Shown here: positions 25,840-39,098 of the stretch, piece after piece
Numbering within the stretch: position 1 is the stretch's first letter
How the letters are laid out: each line of letters opens with the position of its first letter
DNA from: Octopus vulgaris
Taxonomy: Eukaryota
Assembly: GCA_951406725.2 (NCBI GenBank)
Contig: OX597816.1
Coordinates: 130,696,001 to 130,760,000, forward strand
DNA length: 64,000 bases
Direction: 5' to 3'
Translations under genes and position numbers: made by a program
Notes under the pieces: generated by a model
Seen by the model: only the letters and a program-made list of their open reading frames with translations
Database searches by the model: none
What the model was told of the DNA's origin: nothing

Positions 25840-25846
<7 letters not shown>
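25582..25846. repeat. Near-perfect foldback (121-bp arms, 23-nt spacer) abutting (TA)n
   Basis: Arms 25582-25702 and 25726-25846; only 2 mismatches seen by eye. Confidence 0.95.
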
Positions 25847-25883
<37 letters not shown>

Positions 25884-26372
25884 GTATTTGTATATAGGTA
25901 AATGGATATGTAAGTAAATAAACAGATAGATAAACAGATAGATAGGTACATAGGTAATACGGACAGAAGCACACACACACATACATACAAACACACAAAC
26001 ACATGAATATGCAGAATGCATACCTATATACAAACGTACACACGCGTACATATATATGCATACACACACAGACACATATATGCATGCACACATACATATG
26101 TGTATGCACATACACAGTGACGTACACACATGCGTACAAACAAACAAACAAACAAACAAAAATAAGGCAGCCCTGATAACAGACTGAGTCAACGCCTATT
26201 GAAAAGGTTGCAAGACGCAGCGAAAATTTTAGAAAAAATAAATAAATGAATGGAAATCGAACCGGTGAGTGTGTTAAATGATAAGGCACTAAAAGAGAAA
26301 GACTCTCCCCAGACACGAATTCACATAAAGGAGCTTACTATACAAAAACGATATATATATATGTATCAAATG

Positions 26373-26413
<41 letters not shown>

Positions 26414-26414
<1 letters not shown>

Positions 26415-26607
26415 GTGTCGGTGGCACGTAAAAAGCACCCACTACACTCATGGAGTGGTTGGCGTTAGGAAGGGCATCCAGCCGTAGAAACATTGCCAGA
26501 TCAGATTGGGCCTGGTGCAGCCTTTTGGCTTCCCAGACCCCAGTTGAACCGTCCAACCCATGCCAGCATGGAAAGCGGACGCTAAACGATGAAGTTGATG
26601 ATGATGA
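26414..26607 (+). mobile_element. 3' half of a SINE (V-SINE-like domain) with (GAT)n tail
   Basis: GTTGGCGTTAGGAAGGGCATCCAGCCGTAGAAAC...CCAACCCATGCCAGCATGGAAAGCGGACGCTAAACGATGA...GATGATGAT. Confidence 0.65.
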
Positions 26608-27074
26608 TATATATCAACAACACCAAATAATAGGTACACACGCACATATATATATATATATATATATATACGTGCACACACACGCGCGCGTGCGCGCGCA
26701 CACACACATATATATACAATGATTGTTTCCTTGTTTTCAACCTTGAGAAAAATGTCAATTCATGACAAATAAACAAAAAGAAATCAAATAAATAATAATA
26801 GACGACAATAGTTTTAATCTCAGCTAAATATCGTTATGTTACAAATTACGTACATCACACACAGGTGCAAAAACACTTGCATATCAGTTGGACGTAACAT
26901 ATGTAACATAACAATTTTGTGCTATCACTTTACATGTCATTTATATATTCTCTATGGAGCAGTATATTACAGCTGTGTCATATCACTTATCGATTACATT
27001 ATGCACCATTCCACTTATTCACTATGCTTCAAACACACGCACGCACACACACATACATACACGCACGCACACAC

Positions 27075-27107
<33 letters not shown>

Positions 27108-27388
27108 TACATATATATACACACGCACACTCAGACACAGACGCCGTAAGCACTAGATTTACTGCGCACGGTATCACTTATATGTGTGTGTTTACATGTA
27201 TGCATATATGTGTGTGCATGTATATGTAGATGCACATACACGCACACACAAACACATTAACAATACATGTATATATGCATTTCGATGTCACTATCAATAA
27301 GATTATGATACATATGTCTGCATGTTTGTGAAAGAAATTGTGAGAAAGGATGCATGTGCGTGAGGGATGCATTTCCGCGCACCTGTGT

Positions 27389-27465
<77 letters not shown>

Positions 27466-27629
27466 TGTGTCTGTGTCTGTGTGTATACAAATTTAGTGCT
27501 ATCCATGCATCTCACGACAGACATATATCAATTACGTCCAATATTATTCCTAGAATGGGTTCTTTCGTTCGATCCAAAAACTATGTTCTTAAATAATATA
27601 TAGACAAAATATAGGCAAGAAAGAGTGAT

Positions 27630-28171
27630 TGCTGAACGTCGCAGGTTGTCCACCGGTGTCCGATGACGACAAAGTCTGTGTTCTCATCGGTGAGAGCGCA
27701 TATGACACCGCAGTCCAAAGCTGGAAGCACGGAGGGGTCCACGGATGTCACACAGATAGTCTGTTGACTGGATTAAGGTGGATCCTGCCGTGACGTCTTT
27801 CCCGTGCAGTATCGAGACGCTGTCGTCGGTCCTCTTGGAAGGCAGCTGCTGCTCGGGATGTGAGAGACCTCTACGCTGATCTGTCTGCGAGTTCGCATGG
27901 TCTACTACCACTCCATTTGAGATTACTTTTCAGAATGTCTTTGTACCTCAGTTTAGGTCTTCCTCGATTGCGTGAGCCCTGCATGAGCTCGCCGTACAAC
28001 AGCTGCATGGGTACACGGTTGTCAGTCATTCTGATGACATGGCCAGCCCAGCGTAACTGAGCATTCAGCAACATTGATTAGATGCTTGATGAAAAAGCTA
28101 TGTCCAGTAATACTTGGTTTGTCACACTGTCCTGTCAGCGAATGCCCATGATCTTGTGCAAAGCTGCCCGC
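27630..28171 (-). mobile_element. RTE-clade (BovB-like) LINE, 5'-truncated 3' fragment, pseudogenised
   Basis: HKIMGIR*QDSVTN...LLNAQLRWAGHVIRMTDNRVPMQLLYGEL..GSRNRGRPKLRYKDILK, then terminal zinc-finger remnant ...SSFGLRCHMRSH* and a short 3' UTR TCGTCATCGGACACCGGTGGAC. Confidence 0.9.
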
Positions 28172-30416
28172 ATAGCACGGTATGAAAAGCGCGTTAAATT
28201 CTTCAAGAACAACAACACGTTAAAAAATAACCTAAAAATTGTTACAGGAAGATAGGGAAAATACCAGTTTCAGTAAAGTCTGTCCCATCAAAAGAAGTGC
28301 AGGAATTTTTTAATAAAAGTTTGGCAGAAGAAAAAATACAAAATAAAGGCTCCTAAGATTGATAGAATACCTACTGACTTAGACTCCTTAGAAGAGTAAA
28401 AGTGGGAAGGTATCAAGGTAGATGATTTAAGAACTGCTCTCAGGAACTTAAGCAAATGGAAATCTCCAGGAAAGGATAAAATTCATAACTTCTGGTCGAA
28501 TGCCTTCTTAGAGAGTCATGAACTGCCAACAAATCTTTACAATAATGTTTTACAACTTAGTCCGATTTCCTCTTATCTAGTTAATTGTGTTAACATGAAG
28601 AAATAATGAAGCAAAGAATTATAAACCCATAACCTGCTTAACAACAATGTATAAAATACTAACATCTGTCTTGAGTGAATACATCTGGTTTTTTGATAGA
28701 AAGTGACATCTTCCCTAATGAGCAAAAATGATGTAAACGTGGGTCTTATTGTTGTAAAGATCACCTAATCATCAATAAGATGATTTTGGAAGAACTTTTC
28801 GATAAATGGATAGACTATAAAAAAGCTTTTGATATTCCACCACATAACTAGATTAAGAAATGCCCGAAAATTTATAAAATAGCACCTACTCTTTGAAAGG
28901 TCTTATCTATAAGTATGGCATCATGGGGTATTTGAAGGTGATGGAACCAAACATCCAATGATGAGGGAAAAGATCCGAAAAGGATGTTATCGCAGGGTAA
29001 GGGAAATACTCAAGACAGAGCTGAATGCAAGTAACAGGATCGAAGGGATCAATACATTAGCTATACCGGTAGTGACTTACAGTTTCAATGTTATTAACTG
29101 GTCAATTACTGAAATATGTAATCGTGACAAAAAAATACGAAAATTGTTGACAATGCATAGAATGCACCACCGTAAGGCAGATATAGAACGACTTTACCTG
29201 CCAAGAAAAGAGGGTGGCTGTGGACTTTTACAACTGGAAATAAACAATGAAGATTTCCACAATTGGCCTAAACACTTATCTGAAAAACTCTGATGGGTGG
29301 ATATTAAAACTTGTATTAAAGCATGACAACAAGAAATCATCACACTCAGTAATAAAACAGGTAAAGAAATATCTAAGTGAATTCCAAATACAACAAATCT
29401 CAGAATTAGACGTACTGGAAACAAGCACATAAAAAGCCAAGCGTATGAAAATCCGTGCTAAATCTGCTGCCTTAAATATTCTTACTGATAAATGGCAAGG
29501 AAACCTCTTAGTGGCAAATACCCAAAGAGAGCTAATAATGCCAATGTTGACAAAGCTCTTACCCATCAATGGTTAGTGTCTTCTGGATTAAAATCAGAGA
29601 CAGAAGGGTTTATCATAGCAGAACAAGATAAACGCCTACTTATAAGGAGCTACCAGGCCAACATATTAAAGAACGGCAGTAGCCCAACATGTCGTGTACG
29701 TAAACAAGAAAATGAAACCATTGATCATGTTGTCGCCATGTGCAATTTTCTTGCGCCTACAGAGTATCTCAACAGGCATGATAGAGCAGCATAGTATATT
29801 CACTGAAAAGACTTGAATCTGCCCCATAATAAAAACTGGTGGGAACACAAACCACCACCAGTGATTGAAAATGACCATATCTTACTTCTCTGGAGCTTCA
29901 CCGTTCAAACTGACAGAAAGGTAGATGCGAATAGACCAGACATTATATTGAGGGACTTTAGACAAAAATCATGCCTTCTCATCGATATGACTATCCCAAT
30001 CGACATAAATGTATCTGTTAAGACCTACCAAAAACTGAGCAAGTATAAAGATCTTGAAATAGAAACTGGCAAAATGTGGACCCTCAAGACTAAAACAATA
30101 CCTGTTGTCATAGGTACCCTAGGAATGAGAGCAAAAGGAGCTGATTGCTACCTAGCTCAGATACTAGGAAATTCAAAAATGGAAAAAATTCAAAGAATAG
30201 TGCTCATGTGAACAGCCTATATCCTACGTAAAATACTGTCTATGTAATCCCAAATTTTAAAACGAACTCATAATTTTCTTGATTTCTTAGTCATTCTCTA
30301 GAACAATACTTTGTGCTAAATCAAATATATGGCACCCTAGTCATAACACCAACTTGAACTTCTAACTTGGAGTCAACTTGTACAAATAAATACGAAGCAA
30401 AAGTCAAGAAAATATG

Positions 30417-30417
<1 letters not shown>
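28172..30417 (+). mobile_element. R4/Dong-clade non-LTR retrotransposon (RT, CCHC finger, restriction-like endonuclease), truncated, internally deleted, pseudogenised
   Basis: KWKSPGKDKIHNFW, NYKPITCLTTMYK, WIDYKKAFD, LYLPRKEGGCGL, SGLKSETEGFIIA, CRV....ETIDHVVAMC....YLNRHD, NRPDII......LIDMTIP......KLSKYKDL. Many stops and frameshifts; the catalytic YxDD region is absent (junction near 28927). The 3' end runs into (TAA)n. Confidence 0.9.
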
Positions 30418-30492
<75 letters not shown>

Positions 30493-30497
30493 TAATA
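30418..30497 (+). repeat. (TAA)n array at the 3' end of the R4/Dong element
   Basis: About 25 TAA units directly after the element 3' UTR. Confidence 0.95.
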
Positions 30498-30679
30498 AAA
30501 ACCACCTACCCCTCACCCCAGATATATCTCTGCAAACAATAACTCTCAACTATGATGCCCAAAGAATGAATAATACGAAACATCTTTTAATGTCTTTTCC
30601 AGGTGGAACAATTACGTTATACATGGCCTGGGCCAATGCTAGCCGAAACTTATCTAAGTATCTAATAATAATAATAATA

Positions 30680-30892
30680 ATCCTTTCTGCTATAGGCACA
30701 AGGCCTGGAATTGAGGTAGGGATAAGTCGATTACATCTACCCCAGGTCGTAACTGGCAATTAATTTGTTAACCCCGAAAGGATGAGAGGTAAAGTCAACC
30801 TCGGCTGAATTTGAACCCAAAAGCTGAAGACGGCCAAAATGACGCTAAGCATTTTGTCCGGTGTGCTAACGATTCTGCCAGCTCGCTGCCTT
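30680..30892 (-). mobile_element. Family-A SINE monomer
   Basis: CCCCGAAAGGATGAGAGGTAAAGTCAACCTCGGC...TGCTAACGATTCTGCCAGCTCGCTGCC. Confidence 0.85.
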
Positions 30893-31287
30893 ATGGTGAT
30901 GCAATATTTAAAACAAATCAATCCTAAAATTGGTTGCCTGACAACTCCAACAATTGGGCACTCTATGAGGTCACTGGACGAGGTAGTTATAACAACCAAA
31001 TCTTTCTCACATTGCATTCTATCTTTAAGAAGCATGGGAAGACACAGGGTAATGTAATCTTAACCACACCATACATGAATAGGAAAGATAGAAAAAAAAA
31101 ACAAGCAAAAAACCCCGGATTGTCACGTCCGAAACTCTTTGATCGTTTGATCTGGACTAAACTGGGATCTAAACAACAATAATAGCAGCAAGCAGTTTGG
31201 GAGAAAACATGTAATAGCAAGACGAAGGCAACGGGATTTAAATCTTTCTACTTCGAAATAGATAAATAGATAGAGTGGGGGAGAGAA

Positions 31288-31352
<65 letters not shown>

Positions 31353-31965
31353 CAGACATATTCTATTAGACATGGATATAAGCAAAGAAAATGTTCCAGT
31401 CGAATGGTGATGCAATCGGTCGGAAACGTTTCAGTAGTTGTGAGCACTTGAAATAGAGAACGACATGGATTCGTGCTGGTCAGGCGATGACACGTGCAGA
31501 AACGATGTTTAACTCTACGTCGTTGATCTTTTTTAATTTTTTTATTTTTCCCTTGACAATAGTGAAATGATATAGAAGGAAGTTTTGTTACAGCTATCAT
31601 GACAAATTATCAACGACAATATTGTCAACAGTGTTGTAATACAACACACACCGCGCCATATTAAATTTCTTTATATGATTCAGCCTAAAACCGTTTTAAT
31701 CGCCATAAATATATTACAAAGTAGTTAAATAGATACTTGTTAAGCAGTTAATTTTTTTAATTAAAAGTCAGTGGTAATATGGCGGTGGTGAAAATTGCAA
31801 TGAGTGCATGCCTTGCGCTCTGTTTCAAAAATCTCATTACGTAATCATGTCAATTCTGTTTTTGATCCTATAGCACAAAGCTCAACACTTGAAGGTTCCG
31901 TGAAATTCAGAAGAGCAGATTCTTCGGCGTGTGTGTATACATACATACATACATACATACATACA

Positions 31966-31996
<31 letters not shown>

Positions 31997-32024
31997 GTAC
32001 GTACATATGTAAGTATCTCTCTAT

Positions 32025-32055
<31 letters not shown>

Positions 32056-32122
32056 CACATATATATACATATACATACATACTCACACACACATATATAT
32101 ATACATAGATATATATACATAT

Positions 32123-32155
<33 letters not shown>

Positions 32156-32234
32156 TATACATATACGTACATACATATACATGTAAATATATACATATAC
32201 ATACATATACTCACACACACACACATACATATTA

Positions 32235-32722
32235 CTTATTTCAGTCACTGGAAAGCGACCACGCTGGGGTACCGCAATGAATGGTTTATTCGAACAAATT
32301 GATCGTAGGACTTATTTTTAAGCCTGGTATAGGTTTCTTTTGCTGAACCGCTAGTTTAGATGACGTAAATCACCCAACGCTGGTTGTCAAGTGGTGGTGG
32401 GGGAAAACAAAAAGGCCCACACACGCACACACACACGTCCGTCTTTATATTCTGAGTTCAAATTCCACCGCGGTTGACTCTGCCATTCATCCTCTCGGGG
32501 TCAATAAAATAAGTGCCAATCGAGCACTGGGGTCGATGCAATCGACTAGTAAGAAGCTTGCTTCCCAACCACATGTTTTCAGGTTCAGTCCTTCTGCGTA
32601 GCACCTTGGGCAAGTGTCTTTTACTATAGCCTTAGGCCGACCAAAGCCTTGTGAATGAATTTGGGAAACTGAAAGAAGCCCATCATGTATATATATATAT
32701 GTATATATATATAATATAAATA

Positions 32723-32765
<43 letters not shown>

Positions 32766-33372
32766 CGTATACGTACATACTTACATGTATACATATATAC
32801 ATATTCATATGTGGGCACAGGACGTAACAAGACATAAACAACAAAAAATACGAAGTACAAGGACATGGAATATGAACTTTTTTTGTGAACAATGAAAGAA
32901 ACGAATGGAAAATAAGACAAACAACACAAAGAACGACCCTTCATTAGTTGTTGGCTGTTTTTCTAATCCGTATCTCGAGCAATTCACGACAAGATACGCC
33001 TTCGATAAAACAGTTGCTCTCGCAAAGCAAATTAAATAAAATTTGGGACTTTGTGGAGGGTCAAGATTGGTGACAAAAAGAGGACAGTGAAGACAAACAG
33101 GAAGGGCTGCTAAGCCTAAACGATGTTGTGGTGGCGAACGCGAAGAAACAATTTTGGACAGGAGACAACAATACATATTTATTTGTGTCTGTGTTTGGCC
33201 ATCCACCATCGCTTGACAACAGACGTAGGTGCGTTTACGTCCCGTAACTTAGAGGTTCGGCAAAAGAGACCGATAGAATAAGTACTAGGCTTACAAAGAA
33301 TTAATCTTGGGATCGATTTGTTCGAGTAAAACGCGGTGCTCCAAATGACTGAAACAAGTAAAAGAATAAAGG
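32235..33372. mobile_element. Nested SINE cluster: family-B 3' part (-), family-A fragment (+), family-B copy (+) interrupted at its microsatellite by a 360-bp insert (32812-33175)
   Basis: Family-B head GTAAGAAGCTTGCTTCCCAACCAC at 32549; tail CGCTTGACAAC...ATGACTGAAACAAGTAAAAGAATA resumes at about 33185. Confidence 0.75.
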
Positions 33373-33374
33373 AA

Positions 33375-33469
<95 letters not shown>

Positions 33470-33631
33470 ATATATATATATATCTATATATCTATCTATA
33501 TATATATATTCCTTTATTCTTTTATTCTTTTACTAGATAGATATATGCGCGTATGTATATGACCAATTAATAAGTAAAAAATACCACGAGTTTTTAAAAA
33601 CTGATCGTTGGTCTGGCTTTTGTAATGCAGA

Positions 33632-33674
<43 letters not shown>

Positions 33675-35465
33675 GTGTGTGTGCAAGTGTGCGTGTGTGT
33701 GCAAGTGTGTGTGCAAGTGTATATGTGTACAAGGAATCTGTACGCCCATCAAACGATTATCTTTCATGAAGTTTTGCTCGGATTACCTTTCTTTTACGCT
33801 TAAGTCGATTAAACTGAATTAGCAGCGAGTCCAGTAAAAGTATATTACAAAATAAATTTGAATTTACTTGTAGTTTTGTGCTTCCTATTATTAAAATAAC
33901 TTAGATAATAATGCGAAATTAACGCTTACGCAAATATATGTGTAATAACGAACGTTTTTTATCTTTACAAAGGTATACAAACATAGAGCGCGTATTACAA
34001 GCTGAAGACACTTCCTGAATCTTCAACTTGTTAACCAGTTGATACCTGAAAATTCCTCTATAAAAAATAATATCAATTCCGATATTTTGCTCAAGATTAC
34101 AAAAAGACTGTCATAGAACATTATGTTTCTTAGCGATAGAGATCGTAACATCTGAAATATTAAAATATGAGGACGTCTGCTCTGTTACGAACCAACCGAT
34201 GTTGTAATTATTTATTTTATCGTCATTTAAACGCTAGATGTATTTGGATCTTTAAGCAGTAACGTGTCTTTCTAAGTCTATAGAATAAAGAATTGCGATA
34301 ATCTGGTTTGAATGTCTTTCAAGCCTTTGCTGTGATACTGTGATATTTTATTTTTTAAATATATATTCCATATTTCCTATAGAAATATGAACATAGTAAC
34401 ATTAAAAAAACATATAACGAGCTTACCCTTTGAGGAGTAATCTTTTGCCCGTGCTGGTCATTAATACGATGGTTTCTTTAAACGACAGTGGTTTCAAATA
34501 TAGAATAAGTAAATACAGAATGACACTCATATTCATAACTAAAAACGTTTATGGCTCAACCCTGATCGTTTAATGAAATTAAGATTCTGAAATCTTATAA
34601 ATAAGAACTCATTTGCGAAACATCGATATTATGAGATTATTAATAAAACTTGCGCTAAGGAAAACAATAGTCACATCATAAACTTGATTCTTCATAGCTA
34701 ATGTAAGCCAAAGAAAACATGTCCAGTACAAACAGGCAAAATTCTCTTGTATATAAAATCATCAATGTTTAAATCTCAACTCTGTTTTTCTAAAACATTA
34801 ATTTATCGATTTAAGGTCTCCCTTACAAGTAACGGTGATCCTGTTATAAACAAAATTCTTCCAATATACGTATGCATTCAGGCATACAAGCACTCCGAAT
34901 ATTCCTTATTTAGAAATCAGCATTTCCATATTTCAGATAATTTAAAACATAGTTCAAATACCTAGTCCAGCTTGTAAATATGTAGTATTGTCTGTGATGT
35001 GAATATTTCGTTGTTTGTATTTAAACTGTTTCATTTCATTTATAAACAACTAAAATATCTTTAACTTTATCCTTCTTGTGTTGTGATACGGAATTATTGA
35101 TTTCTAACGGTGGCACAAGGTCATCAATTCTTTGTCAGTGGAACATGGGTACAATTAATTAAACCGCCCCAGCACTTACTTAAAGGGATGCAATTCGAAG
35201 CTGACTCGGTAGTGGGGTTCGAACTTAAGATGTATAAGATGTAAAGAGACGAAATTAACTATTGTATAATACTTCACTCCTCATCCTTCACCGTCTTGAC
35301 AAGGTGAACGAGAATCAAATAATTTTGAAATTAGTTACGACGCATTAAAGAAATGCAGTTCCTCTGATGAATATGATAGTGGATGGGTGAAATTACTGGC
35401 ATTTCCTATATCAAGTTTTGTTCTACAGCGCAAGTCGTGTGGGCGCGAGTGCATGTGTGTGTGTG

Positions 35466-35499
<34 letters not shown>

Positions 35500-36291
35500 A
35501 GTGCGTGTGTGCATGTATGTGCGTATATGTGTGTGCGTGTGTGTGTGAGTGAATCTCTGTGTGTGTGTGTGTGTGTGTGTGTGTATGACTATATACGTAA
35601 TATTGAACATTTGAAATTAAGCTTGTATAATTTGTTATGTGTGTCTGGGTTAGTTCAATAATGCAAGGGCAGTACACGTGGAATTTATAAAGGGAAATAT
35701 TAGACGAAGAGACCTATGGCAGGGATTGGCAATCGAAACAAATATTTTATAGTCTGTCTCCTACTAGAAATGTGAAGAGGCGTGATATCGTGTGTATATA
35801 TCCATCACTATGAATACTAGCTCTGACTTTATATACTTTAATGTGTATATGAATATGTGCGTTTGTGTGTAGATTGTGTATACATTTATATGTTTCGAGA
35901 TGAGTGTATGTGTGTTCATATTTTACCATGCTTTAATACAAATGATTGGTTTTTGATTAAGTATCATTGTCACAACATGAGTCGTTCGTGTCACCGCAGC
36001 TACGGTCAGCAAAGCTAAGTCATCGCTTGTTGGAATGTGATAGTTTCAACCGTAAACAATCCTTGTTTGCCTGTTTGTCTTCTTCGTAATAACTCACAAT
36101 GAATTCTCTATGAAGGTCGGTTGTCTGAGCCAGTCTAAAGCGACCAGACATAAAAACAAATAATGAAACATGTTGGCTTTGTTCAGTTGTCATAAATATA
36201 AGCAAATTTCAGTTGAGAAAATCTTTAGAGCAAAACTGAAAATATTTTATTTTAATCTATACTTTTCGAAGTGTGAATTATAAGATTTCTT

Positions 36292-36372
36292 GTCCAGGTG
36301 TTAGTATATATTAATATTCTAGTTCAGGTGTTTGTATATATTGGTATTCTTCTTCGGGTGTTAGTATATATA
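36292..36372 (+). repeat. Minisatellite, about 30-bp unit x2.7
   Basis: CAGGTGTTAGTATATATT / CAGGTGTTTGTATATATT / CGGGTGTTAGTATATATA. Confidence 0.8.
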
Positions 36373-37323
36373 GGTAGGATGCAACTAAACTACGTAGTAT
36401 AAATTATTGTTTTGAGAGTAGATTGTTAAAAAAAATCCTATTTGATTAGGTTAATTACCTTGTCATTCAAACACAAGTACTGTTGAAATCTTGCCAAATA
36501 ATTCAGTAGTCCTGTAGTTCTGTTAGATTTCACAGATTTGTCCTGATAGTTTAGAGCGTGTAATGCCAACGCCGTTTCACAACGTGCCGTGACCTTAGCT
36601 CTCAACATAGATGGTGTTAATAGTGAGAAAGAGGAAACATTAATCTATACATGAAATTAACCTCTACATGGACGCCATATAAATTGTATATGATTTAGTA
36701 ATTCTAAATATTATGTTAAGAACAATTTAGGACTAATTTATGCTAAATTTTGATAAAGTATACATGCTATTTGTTAAATTCTGTTTAAATAGATTTTTTA
36801 AAGAATAAAGATTAAGCAATCATTTGCAAGTCTTCAAATTTCTAGCTTCCATTTTATGAAGTGAGTAAACGGTTAATTTATTACTAATAAATACTATTTG
36901 GCCATCGCTATTAGCAGCTGTTACTAAAGTTGTTCGAATGTCATTGAAAGATATAACGTGCTTTCAGACTGTTTAATTCTGGACTATAATTCCAGACTGT
37001 TTAAATAAGGTGTGAGTTGAAATTGCAGAAAGAAAGGGTGACTGAGGCCATGGCACTTATATAGTAGATATCATCTCTTGAAATATGCCTTTATTTCACG
37101 GGGTAGCTTACATATGAATTATACATAAACACACACGAGAATTTATTATAAATTGCGATATTAGTGTCTATGAGGAACTAATGTTTATAACGTAGGTATT
37201 TTGTCTATCGCCGGTTTAAAAAACCATTGGCACTTTTGTACTCCATTCTGCTGACTTAAATCTGTTTTAAGTATTCAGACCAGATCTTTGCTTTTCCTAC
37301 CATCTCCTGAAAGGCCTTGGAAA

Positions 37324-37373
<50 letters not shown>

Positions 37374-37667
37374 GGGAGAGAGATGAAAAGAGAGTTGAGA
37401 GAGAAGTGAAGACGTCGTCCTTCGTCTTTTGCCCCATCCATAAAAAAAATTTTTCTAAAACCTTAGACGAGTAAGTTATTTTCAGGATACTTCCTGGTCT
37501 ATATTCTTGATAGGAAGAGGTTAGGATACGCAGAATTAAATAGCCCTCTCAGGGTTACACTAAAGCATCTTCTGATGATACGAACGTACAGTTCATAATC
37601 TGATTGTTTTGTCTCATATCCACTCAATCATTTCATCTTTGCATGCACGCGTAGACACACACACGCG

Positions 37668-37711
<44 letters not shown>

Positions 37712-37838
37712 GAGAAAGAGAAAGAGAGAAGGGTGGCAAAAGAAAAGAGAAAGAAAGACAGAAAGAGAGCTAGTGTTATGCTTTGTGAGCTTTTAAACAG
37801 ATTGCAATGCATACGAGAACATTCATTATATATATATG

Positions 37839-37893
<55 letters not shown>

Positions 37894-37901
37894 TAATAAT
37901 A

Positions 37902-38125
37902 AAATATTAGGGAATAAATCCAAACTTACAGGGAAAAATCAGATTTAGGATTAAATCCAATTTTATAGTATAAATATATATATATATTATATTATATTAA
38001 ATTAGAGATAAAACCACTATTAGGCAAATAAAAATGATATAAATTAATTAATTTTATGTATTGGCTTATGTTTTTCATTGTTTGATTTGCCTAATAGTGG
38101 TTTTATCTCTAATTTAATATAATAT
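37902..38125. repeat. TA-embedded foldback element, same family as 18806-19240
   Basis: AATATTAGGGAATAAATCCAAACTTACAGG module, then AATTAGAGATAAAACCACTATTAGGCAAAT ... ATTTGCCTAATAGTGGTTTTATCTCTAATT. Confidence 0.85.
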
Positions 38126-38548
38126 ATATATATATTATATACTGAGTTTAAAAGTTAAGTGGTATTGCATCGAAATTTATCCTTCAACTATTTGTCTGCG
38201 ATGATAGGTGTTACCCCCGCTATTGTATTTGGATTCAGCACATGCACAAGGATAAAAAAAAATAAAAGCACCCAAAATACTCAACGTATTAGGGTCGTGT
38301 CTGGGCAGCTTTCCTCGTCGGCGAAGTCGACTATTATGTTTTATGGACAGGCAGCAAAAATATCAGTGTCAGACTCGTTAATTAGTCTTTCGGTTCATTA
38401 AGTGTCTGGACAAAATGGTCAATTAAAATCCTGTTAACACAACGATTGCTGTTCATTCGATATGCGTCATTACAGCTTGAGTAGCATTACTTTACAAACC
38501 ATGCTGCATCTTATTGCTGATCTGAGGAATGCATTTAAGTAATTGTTC

Positions 38549-39098
<550 letters not shown>

